Assembly (NCBI GenBank): GCA_009103225.1
Contig: RHPI01000638.1
Coordinates: 1 to 64,000, forward strand
DNA: 64,000 nt
Direction of reading: 5' to 3'
Source of the DNA: Chlorokybus atmophyticus
Taxonomy: Eukaryota; Plantae; Mesostigma and Chlorokybus algae
Below the pieces are notes generated by a model, which had not been told where the DNA came from, ran no database searches, and worked only from the letters and a program-made list of their open reading frames with translations. Below are positions 11,607 to 22,320 of this stretch, piece after piece. Each line of letters opens with the position of its first letter. The first letter of the stretch is position 1. Position numbers and translations under genes: made by a program.

Positions 11607-13430
11607 TGGCGTTTTGAGGGTCAGTGTATGGGTGCTTCGTGCACATCATTAATTGACACAGGTGCAAACCACAATTTGGTGGAACACGCTTGGGTGAAAA
11701 GAAATAACATCACATTCACACCAGTCGCATCGTATGTACGAGCAGCTGCTTCTACTCTTAATGCTTTATGAGAAGTGATAGGACGCTTTGTTATTGCCGG
11801 TTGTAAAACACATACCACATTTATTGTGGTGAACATTGGGATTCCCGGTGTTAACTTTGTGTTAGGTGAAATGTGGCAAACCGAAGCAAGTATGCTACTT
11901 AATGCTCAAAATGGCACGTGCACTTTGAGGAGGGGGAAACGATCTTTCACCTTGAAAGTGGCACATGTGGTACATGATAACAAGCATACTACTCCACTTC
12001 TCTCCGCTATGCAACTTAAGCGTTGCATGCACAAACGAGAGGAAATGTACTTGTTACACTTACATGAGGTAACAACACCCAAAAACGATGGTGTACAAGA
12101 CCCCGTTGTGCAATCACTTACACAGCAGTATGCTGGTGTTTTTCAGGAAGAACTCCATGAGCTCCCTCCTGATAAAAACATTCACCACACCATCCCACTC
12201 GAAGAGGGAGCTAAGCCACCATGGCGTCCTATTTATAGGCTAAGTCCTTTAGAGCATGCGGAAATGGAAAAGCAGCTAAAGGAGTTGCTCGATAAAGGTT
12301 TGATTACCAAGAGTATCTCCCCATTTGGTGCACCCATTCTATTCGTGCCTAAAAAGAATGACAAGTTGCGTATGTGTGTGGATTATCGGACTTCAAATAA
12401 GGTGATTGTAAACAACAGGTACCCTTTGTCCAGAATTGATGATTTGTTTGATAGATTGTCGGGTGCAACAGTGTTTAGCACACTGGATCTGACAAGTGGT
12501 TATCATTAAATCAGGATTCCTCCTGAGGATGTGCAAAAGACAGCTTTTCGTACACCTATGGGGCATTTTGAGTATAAAGTGTTGCCCTTTGAGTTAACGA
12601 ACGCACCCACAACGTTTTAGGCAGCTATGAATGTTGTGTTTGTGGATGAGCTGTATCACTTTGTGCTCGTATCTGGATGATATTATTGTATATAGCAATA
12701 CCCGAGAGGAACACCATAAGCATTTGCAAACGGTGTCGTCAAAGTTGCAAACACAAGTTCTATGCCAATCTGTCCAAATGCAACTTTGCACAAGAAGAAC
12801 TTCCCTTTCTAGGACATGTGATTGGCAGAGACGGGTTGAAGCCTGGATTCCACAAGGTGTCGGTAGTCAAAGACTGGCCACCACCAAAAGATGTGCATCA
12901 ATTACGAGCCTTTCTAGGCTTGGCCAATTACTTCCGCAAGTTCATGCGAGGGTATTTGACTATGGCCAATGCATTAACATCTCTACAAAGTAAAGTTGTC
13001 AAATTTGGATGGACGGAAGCACATAAGAATGCCTTTTCATGCATCAAAGATGCATTGACATTGGCATCCGTGTTAGCTTTTCCAGATCCCACCAAAACCT
13101 TTTGTGATGGTCAGTGATGCATCCACCATAGGATGTGGTGCAGTTTTGCTTCAAGGCGACAAGCCGTGTGTCTATGAAAGCAAAAAATTCAACCCTGCCG
13201 AGCGTAATTACACAATCACCGAACAGGAATTACTCGGTGTTGTGCATGCGTTACGCACTTGGCGCTACTATTCAGGAGGGGTGGAATTCTCATTAATTAC
13301 GGATCACAATCCTCTTACCTTCTTTCACACGCAACAAAACCTATCCCGACGACAAGCCAGGTGGAATGAGTTCTTATCCCGTTTCACATTCACATGGCAG
13401 TATCGTCCGGACGCACATTAATTATCCATA
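11607..13430 (+). pseudogene. Gypsy pol: aspartic protease, RT and RNase H; stops and frameshifts; integrase absent
   Basis: Motifs [81 protein letters not shown]. Confidence 0.9.
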
Positions 13431-14312
13431 CCTAAGCAATCCAGGCACGACATCTACTATACAAGGCATGCATACAAGTGATACCCAACATAGCCCAACC
13501 ACAATCAGTCCAAGCAGCACAAACCGAGTGTTAAAAATCCGACAATTTTATAACTGACTCAGTAAACCCCGTCGAATTTAGCAGAATAAGACCAATCGAT
13601 CTGTACTCCACATCAAGTCCACCGCAACGGCGACCATTGCAAGGGTGCTCTCGTTGTGCGCTGAGGTCCTCAGCAGGAAGGCCGTGTACACTCTACTACT
13701 AGAGAGTGACACACTCGCAATTTGTCTGTCAAATCTTGCAATGGGGGTGCCCTGTATCCCGTTTTCATTTGTGTTCGTACACGTGAATGACACGATGTCA
13801 CCTGACTTTGTGTTGTAATCAGGCTAGTAGAGCTAGTGCAACAAGAGAGACCAGACGAGAGCAACACAAGCAAGCATGTGTGTGCGGCATTAAGATATGG
13901 CAGTCTAACATGGAATAACCTACATTATTATCAGACCAAGGTTTAGTACATAGCAAAAGCACCTCTAGAGTCGCCTAGTGGCGGGCTAACAGCTATCTTT
14001 GGCGTCTAACTACCAAAACCGTCGCCCAACTGCCATAACCGTTAAATCAACCGACTCTGACTGTCAGACCCGCCACACCGATTATAAAACCCATCAGATT
14101 AATTGTTAGACCTGCCAGTCTTGCCGCCCAGACTGTCAATATTGCCAGACCAGCCGTCAAGACCGCCAAGTGTAATATCTATCCTCAAGTCCAACCCCAA
14201 CAAACCGCTAAGTCATGTGTTTAGTCTCAAGTCCGACTTAAACCAGCACCATACAGCTCCTAATAGCACAATAACACAACAAGCTGACCAAACAGTTCCG
14301 AACTAAGTCCTT

Positions 14313-14984
14313 TGTTGGAGTTTAGGACCAGGTTTAGCCATCCTTAGACTCTAGTCAGCTTAGTCTAGCTAAGTGTTCGAGTTTAGGACCAGGTTTAGCC
14401 GTTCCTAGACTCCAGTCAGCTTAGTCTAGCTAAGTGTTGGAGTTCAGGACCAGATTTAACCGTCCTTAGACTCCAGTCAGCTTAGTCTAGCTAAGTGGTA
14501 GAGTTTAGGAGCAGGTTTAGCCGTCCTCGGACTCCAGTCAGCTTAGTCTAACTAAGTGTTGGAGTTTAGGACCAGGTTTAGCCGTCCTTAGACTCCGGTC
14601 AGCTTGGTCTAGCCAAGTACTCATAACTTTCGTACTTGGTAGACTCGAGTCCTGACCGTTTCGTTAGAAACCGTCAATTCTAACAGTTTAGGGTTAGGGT
14701 TAGACCGTTTAAGACTGTTTTTGGGTCTTATGCTGACTAGACCCGCCTTGTATACTATTTTGAGCTTGTAGTGTTGACCATTATTGAGTACAAAGGGACG
14801 CTCACACACGTTTAATATGGTTTAATTTGCTTGTACTTAAGTCTGGTGGCGGCGGAAGCCTTAGCCTGGGCGTGGTCTAGTCTGCACTTGCGTCTGGTCT
14901 GGCGTGGTCTAGTCTGATCTTTTTCTGCTTGCACAGACGGTTTGAGGGTGTTGTGTCTACGCTTAGGAAGCTTGCATCTCAACA
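14313..14984 (+). repeat. 5' LTR of copia C; first 310 bp or so are five tandem units of about 61 bp
   Basis: Unit consensus TGTTGGAGTTTAGGACCAGGTTTAGCCGTCCTTAGACTCCAGTCAGCTTAGTCTAGCTAAG. Homologous to 32385-33056. Confidence 0.95.
14688..14703 (+). repeat. (TTAGGG)2TTAG insertion present in the 5' LTR only
   Basis: 5' LTR reads TAACAGTTTAGGGTTAGGGTTAGACCGTT; 3' LTR reads TAACAGTTTCGACCGTT (32751-32767). Confidence 0.85.
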
Positions 14985-14998
14985 GGTTATGGGCCCAC
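14985..14998 (+). promoter_or_regulatory. Primer-binding site of the internal (half) initiator-tRNA-Met type
   Basis: GGTTATGGGCCCAC immediately after the LTR end, the PBS type known from Drosophila copia, Ty5 and Volvox Osser. Confidence 0.85.
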
Positions 14999-15160
14999 AT
15001 ACGCTGGGTTAAAAGCTTGTCTAGACATCTTGGCGGAAGTGTGCACTTTGGTAGCAAGGGTTATTTTTAGTATGCCGTTTGATGCTAGACTATGGAGGTC
15101 TGAGAGCTTAAAACTGCTGCTGTTTGCTAAAACTGCCAATTCTCAGCAGGGGGCTTTACT

Positions 15161-16344
15161 ATGACGACCAGCTACGACAAGGTGGTGATTGAGCCATTGG
15201 GAGATGACAACTACAACACATGGAGCAGCCGCATGAAGTGGTTGTTCGAGCACAAGAGCTTGTGGGACTTCGTGAACCCGGAGGAGGCTGACCCCCTACC
15301 CACAAGCCGAAGCGCTGTCTGGAAGCAAAACTCTAGGAAAGCACTTGCACTCATTACTTTGAACGTGAGAGAGTTCCATCTGGTGACAATAGATGCTTGC
15401 TCCACTGCTAGAGAGGCATGGGAGAAGTTGTCTGATTCTTTCAAGGCTAAGAACAATGTCAGGCGTGTCCAGCTTAGGCGTGATCTGAATGCTTTGAGGA
15501 AAGACTCAAGTGAACCTGTCACCAAGTACTTTGCAAGGGCAAGAGAGCTTTGGAAGGACGTTTTGGGCGTGGGCTGCCAGTTGCAGAAGCTGAGCTTGTT
15601 TGGGCTGTACTTTCTGGACTTCCAGACTTGCCAGAGTTTGACACCTTACGGTGTTGTAAGGTCTTGACACTGATCCCACGTTGGATGAGGTGATGCCAAG
15701 GCTACTTCAAGTTGAGCAAAGGCTGAAGAAGAAGGAGGAGGCTTGAGATGCAGTCGCTTTTGCTATTTCCAAGCATGGTTACAGCTCTACCCAGGTCAGG
15801 CGCTGGTTCTTCAGGCCAGAGCGGTTTATCAGGCCAGGGCGGTAAAAAGAAGAAGAAACGCAAGTGCAGCTACAATGGCAAGCTTGGGCATGATGTGGAG
15901 AAGTGTTGGAAGAAGCATGGAAAGCCAGGAGAGGGGCAAAACAAGGAGAAACCCGTGGCTTTCACTACCAGTGCTTCCATCCCGGTCCAGACCTGGGCTT
16001 TAGACTCGGGGGCTACTTCTCACATGACTACAAACAGGTTTGCCACCTGCCAGACCCTGGACAAGCCCATGTCGGCGGGGTTCGCATTGAAGGGAAGCGT
16101 GATGGCTTCTACTGGTCGGGGCAATGTCATCTTTAATTGCTAAGTTGAGGGGTCAACAAGGTAAGTGCAGCTTAAGGATGTTCTTTTTGTGCATGAGGTT
16201 GCTGCGAGTCTATTCTCAGTCAAGGCTGCTGCTCGTGCTGGTGCCAAGATTAAGTTTGAGGGAGTTAGAGGCTGCATATTGCTTGGTGGCGTGAAGCACC
16301 TTGAGGCTTTAAGTCAGGGAGGAGGTTTATACCTTGTTCGGAAA
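15161..16344 (+). pseudogene. Copia C gag, zinc knuckle and protease (frameshifted)
   Basis: Motifs NYNTWSSRMKWLFEHKSLWDFV, CSYNGKLGHDVEKCW, WALDSGATSHMT, LKDVLFV, GLYLVR. Confidence 0.9.
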
Positions 16345-16481
16345 TGTTAAGATTTGCATACTATGGATCATGCATGGAGTTGGTGCAAGCACAAGCACAC
16401 ACACTCTACTAGAGCATACACACAAGGCTGATGCAAAAAAGGCGGTCTAAGGATTACAACAAAGTCACACCGCGGGCTTTG
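16345..16481 (-). repeat. Distal part of the 3' LTR of inverted copia D (remainder at 28872-29194)
   Basis: Rejoined across the Sola insertion it reads GGCGGGTATACAAAGCCCGCGG on the minus strand, matching copia A LTR GGCGGGTATATAACCCCGCGG. Ends CTTAACA. Confidence 0.8.
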
Positions 16482-16981
16482 GCGTGCCGCACGATCCTGG
16501 GGGACAACTTGTGGACGAAACAGTTGTTTGCAAACGATGTATGATTCTTGTGTTTGCAGAAAACATCTACCACCTTGTTGGAAATTGTTTGCCAACAGTC
16601 GCGCAAACATGTTGCAAAAGCTTTGCCAACAGATGCACATTCAGGGCGCAGTTTCATGTGATTTACACGAAATTTGTAAAACGTGAAGTTGTAAAGACTT
16701 AGCCAACGGATGCACATAAAGGGTGCAGCTGCACATGTTAGATGAGGGTTGTTTGAATGTTGTACTCATCAAAACTTTGCCAACAGCAATGTTTCATATT
16801 TCATAATACCTGTCACAAACCGACACGACAACATGCTGTTGCTGCCTTAGTTGGTCAATGTTTGCCAACGGTGCGGAGGTCATATCAACAATTTGCAAAG
16901 CATCCAAGTCGACTGCTCGATTGTGTGACAGCCATCATTATGAGTGTTCATACCGGCTACTAAAGCACATTTAAGATCATC

Positions 16982-19960
16982 TCATGGTGCTTGTCGCGAA
17001 TTACAAAGACAGACTCTTTGATTTTTTTGCATGTCATCCTCGCTGAGATGCATCTCTCTTGCTTCTGCTCTCGACTTTCTTGAACCGTTGGAATCCGTGC
17101 TACGCACCTCAATAGGTTCACCTATATTCTGGCAGGCTTTTGTGGCTGGGGCGGTAGGAAACATAAGTACCTCCTGGGATATTTTGCCGCTGTCACAATA
17201 GAGTCATCAACTCTACGAAAGTAGACGCCTGTGACATATAGTGTGTCTGGAGGTATAATGACACCATAAGCGTCCGGCCTCGTCGACTTGGCTGTGCTTG
17301 TGGCCACTTGTTTGGTGCATTGTAAAACCCAATATGGTGCAGAGGCCTGATACTCATCTGAGCATTTATCAGCAGCTACCACAAATGTGTCTCCGACGCT
17401 TAAGGAGAGCGCCAACGCCTCTTGGTTTGTGAACAGCAACTGCACATGGCACATGTTATGACACTTACAAGCCGACGTACAGAAGTGTAGCACTCACATC
17501 TTGCTCAATCTCTTCTCCGTCTTCCTCACTTGCGATCAACTTTTGTCGCTGCCATTTGGGAACGTGAGACTTGTTAACATGGTGGTTGTAGTCTTCGTCT
17601 AGGCAGCTGCTGCAGAAGCACGAGAACCTTCGGAAAGTAAAGCGATCTACTTCTCCAGTTCCCTTCATGCATTGAAATTGCAGAGTGCCTGGCACTAAGC
17701 GATAGGAGTGCCCGGTTTTCTTGTGATCCACCTCTTCAAGTTTGACAAGATGCCCAAAACGTTTTTAAGCTTTTGCTTGCTCTTCACGGGCTGTATATGA
17801 TGACTCCGCTCCTCGGCTAAGCACCTTTTGCGCATAATGAACTGTTGTTTCGGCATCAAAATCGCAGCACCTTTTTCGCTAGCCCTATATAGGTGCCGTT
17901 TCAGTGTTCCTCCTTGACCATCATGTTCACCCTTGCCTTGACAAGGATAATGCCATTCCATATGTATCGTGTTGAACTCGTCTACTTCCGTGTCCATGGA
18001 CGCCAAGTACCCATCCGGGGCGCTGTACTGAGCAACTTGCGCGAAATGGTTGGCACATTTGTGCTGCACTGCACAGTTGTCACTCCAGCTGATGACCTTC
18101 TGCATGTCTACGCCTCTCTCTCTTTAGTCCCTGAGCAACCGCTTCATGCAATAGCGTACAAAGAAGGAGTCCTTTTTAAGATCATCGGATATCCAAAAGT
18201 GAACCTGCATAGTGATCAAATGCTGACACCCCTTCTTATCTGCTGGCAAAGTTTGACCAATACGCGGGTTTGCGAGCTCACCTCTTTGATGCGCACCGGC
18301 TGTTGTCTGTTGATGTCTCACCATCGACATGATCTTGAGCGTGACGATAGATGAGTTCCACCAAGATCGCCATTGAGCGGTTTGCAAAATGCTGCTGCAT
18401 GAGCTCGTTGCTTGGCTTGAAAGCATAGTTCCCAGAGAAGTCAATGATACCAACGATGGTGCCTTGACAAAAGGTTTGCAAGCACTGTCTCTGCTGCTCT
18501 GCTTGCCACTGCGACAAGAAGAAGTGGAGCTTAAAGTCCTTCAGCTGCTTCTGCAAGCGGCTGATAAATTCAATAAAGGTCATCAGCTGCTTGAGAAAAT
18601 CTACTCTTGCGTACTCTGTGGCTTCACCGTTCTTTGCTTTGCCTGGCTGCATGCGCTTTACGTAGAGCCTGGGTTGTAGCAGTTGATGCTTATCTGCTCG
18701 CTCTAACGGGCATGTTGGGAATCTAATCTAGCAGCAGTACAGCGATCTCCAGAAATACAGAGGTGATTGTAGTAAACGCCGTCCATTTCTTTCTTCTCGC
18801 AAGAAGTACAGTCGAGCAAGCCGGTAATTGACGAGCCCGACTTCGGTGATTTCAATAAATGGCACTTTGTATAGATACGACATCTGCAGCGGTGTCGGCA
18901 CGTGCAGTCTTTTTGGACCTACATGCTGTTACATCTTAAAGCGCATAATGACAACCCACACATGCATCGTAACTAGTCTTACGGGACACACAATGCATTG
19001 GCATCTGCATTTTACGTGCTTTCTCTGCCGGAAAGATAAACCCATCACAAGCTCCTTCATCTCAGTGTGCTGCGAACACACGCATACGTGCCGCACGTCG
19101 CGACCTCTTACATAGTACGGCTTGACCTTCTCGAAAACTCGTTGATGCACGTCGATATCTGAATTTTCAACTCGGAACTTGAGGTACAGTGCCGTTTGTG
19201 TAGTGCCTCCATAAAAAGGCTTGGTGACGTACTCGCCAGCTAGTCTTTTGCCGGTGGACGTACGCAGCAACATCTTATCACGCTTGCATGCAGACTCTCT
19301 GGTGTTCATGATCCAAAATTCTCCGATCTTTTTACATATCTCTGATGTCACCCTTTCTTTTCGTGCACGGCGCCCTCGAGTGCTCCAGTCGTATGTTGTT
19401 TTTAATAGAATCTATGACGGCGTATGTTGAGCACAGAAGCAACCTCGCAAACTCGTGCCGAAGAACCGTTGGCAAGTAATGATCTTGCTGCTTTTATTGT
19501 AACATTCCTTGCCGTCCTATGCGCATTGGAGCGGGAGCTCTTGACGCTGTTGTATGACGACTTGAACATGTTGGATATCGTTTTGTGCGCTGAAGCTTTT
19601 TTTACAATCTCCAAATAGCTATCTTGAGCGACGGCTGCTGCATTCTTTAGTTCTTTTATCCGGGATCTCAGAATGTTGGCTTTGATGGTGTCATCTCCTT
19701 GGCAGATTTGTTCGAGTACATCTTGCATTGCGGCAACTGACTGCTTGACTCGGTATCCCTTTGCTCTTTGTCGTCCTCCTTGAGATTGGGACCCATTATT
19801 CGCAGACCTGCCATGAGATGGCAAAATTATACCAACAACGCAGGCTGTAAAGGTGAGTGAAGGCGAAGCTTGCTGACCTAATTTGAGTTGGTTAAATTTT
19901 ACCAACAACACAGGCAATGAATGCAACAAGAGCCGTCGAGTCTTGCGCTGACACAATCAT
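16982..19960 (-). pseudogene. Sola2-like DDD transposase (multi-fragment, frameshifts, probable introns; 5' end uncertain)
   Basis: Motifs FEKVKPYYVR..VCVCSQH, IIDFSGNY (D about 18440), WISDDLKKD, ISWSDNCAVQHK (D about 18079), GKGEHDGQGGTLKR (D about 17920), RRFSCFCSSC. Confidence 0.8.
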
Positions 19961-22320
19961 CAGCACTCAAGTTGGCAGATTTCACCAGCAGCTACAAAGC
20001 TTTTCCCAGCTGCCAAGCTTAAACAAGCGTGCATCATCATTCTACGGTAAGCTCTATCATAGTTTTATGCTCCAGCCCGCGTAATTGCATCAATATTGAC
20101 AATATGGTCAAGCACTAGTTGTCAAAGCTTTCCCAACAATGATGTTGCTGATGGACACAAAACAAAGTGACATGGTCCATATTGGCATTATGCGTCATGA
20201 CCACTTTTGCCAACTCTGCAAGTTGTCAGCCAATGTTGTTGACAGACATAGCATGCAAGGCACAGTGCAACGCGACTGGTAGTGCCATACCTCTGGCTTT
20301 GGCTATGCACCACACCCAGCCGCCATGCGGCCGTTGTTGAACAACATCATATCTCCAGGCCCCTGCTTGTTGCCGCACCCCTCGACTCCTCAAATGTATA
20401 CGCAACCACTGCGCACAGCAATGCGTCACTATAGAGCACAGCATGCATCCGCACCACTTGCATTTGTGTTCAATAAAACCTGCACACATAGCAAATACAC
20501 ATGCCTACCTTAAACACTTTTCTACCTCACTCTTAACTGGCAATGAACACACAACTGGACCTGCCTACACGCTTCGTAGCATGACGGCACAGCAGCGGAT
20601 GTGCACGTTATACGCAAACCAAGCTTGGTACCAGTTGAACAGCAGCAACTGGGCATCTCTACATGTGCTTCGTATGTGGATCCTAGCATTCACATTGCTT
20701 AGCTGGACCTGCCTACACGCAGCATGATATGCAGCATGAAAGCTGATCCAAGCAGTGCTTACCAGCTCTGCGCTAGCTCCCTTAGCCGCCTAGCCAGCAG
20801 CCAGCATTGTAGCGCCACCGCTCACATTGTAACTAAGCAAAGGAGAAACGCGCTACTCTAGTTTTGCACAGAGGACCCAGCTGACCCGCCCCCGCCGCCG
20901 CCCTGGCCGCCACGCCCGCCGTCGCCGTAGTCGCAGTGTGTGCATGCAAGCAGTAGCATGCAGGCAGAAGCTCAGCTAAGCTCCGAAGCTGCTGGTAGCA
21001 TGCATAAGTAATTGATGTTTTGCTTTAAAATGTTAATATTTACATAATAATATATGAGGTTTACAATGCAAAGCCCCGTAAGACAATGTGCATGCGTAAC
21101 GATATGCCTAAAACTAATCTTCAATAACTTGTCATGTTACGTAGCGGAGGGCACTTGTAATTGCAAAGCTCCGTAAGACAATATGCATGCGAATCGTTAT
21201 GCCAAAAGTGAATTGTGATGTTGAAGTTGATTTATTTACGGGATAATCAATGACCGTATCACATGTCTCTAAGAGAGCGTGTAAGGTAAGCCAGGACAAG
21301 CCAAGACAAGAGAGACAATGGGACGAGACATCCACTGACAACCGCGCTAGCAACATTAATGTTTGAGTGACCGTTAGTGATTGCTCCCCACATCACCGTT
21401 ACACAACTCAAGAGTCATCAATAAAATTAATGCAATGCATTGTAACGTTCATATATGTAAACTTACGTAAATTTGAAACAATTGGCACGTTTTGTTTGTG
21501 TAACCATCTGATTGTTAGCTTGGTTTTACATCTACGCATCACCTTGCAATTGATGTGGTAATATTTGCAATGTTCACTCGAAAATGCTTATCGCATAAAG
21601 TATCGTAAGTGCGCGTCGACATGCTACGAGTATATATACATGTGTCAATCATGACACCCATGATGTGTTGTGGTTCTCATGCTTGCATACGCATAAACAA
21701 GCTCGATGAAAGCATGCACAACACAAGCTTGCGGTAATGTCTACTGTAATTGATACACACACAATGCGCATATGCAATTGCGTCTTGTTATTACATCACA
21801 TATAAACATGCACCACACCATCTTGATAGGTACATGGCATCCATTGATGTGATGTTCACATCCATGTTACAATTGTCAATCACTATGTTGTAAGCAACAC
21901 ATGCAAATAAGACTATAAACGTATGCTATAAACATATGTGTATGCCTACAACCAAATAATTGCGTAACAACTTTACGCGTGGTTAATCGTTGGGTATGTT
22001 TATGCCTAAGCATTTGCTTGAATGTTATCAACATATGATGTATATTGGGACTTATTACTATTGTACTTACTCGCATGTGTCCACAACTGATTGATGTGTA
22101 GCATTGCTACACTCACTAAGTGGTTTATGCTATGCAGCATCATCATGAGCTTAACAAGCTTAACCCTAAAACTACGAGTTGTTGTAGGGCTCACGGAGCT
22201 CGGCAAACCCTAATGTTAGACCGACAATACCTAGGAGCAAGGGCGAGCAGCAGCGCTGAGGGCAGGGGTGAGGGCGGCGAGGGCGATGGCACGGCGGCGA
22301 GGTGCGGGCGGTGAACAACG

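Larger units (their letters stand above)
5364..13430 (+). mobile_element. Decayed Ty3/gypsy retrotransposon B (gag-PR-RT-RH; integrase and LTRs not found), carrying two nested insertions
   Basis: gag, LIDTGA protease, RT and RNase H motifs are collinear once the nested elements are removed. Confidence 0.85.

Noticed and set aside
13440-14312. Gypsy 3' LTR or another solo LTR (TCTAACA at about 13910)
   Set aside because: No PPT, partner LTR or TSD could be shown.
14313-14620. CRISPR-like array
   Set aside because: Units are head-to-tail with no unique spacers, duplicated in both LTRs, and there are no cas genes.
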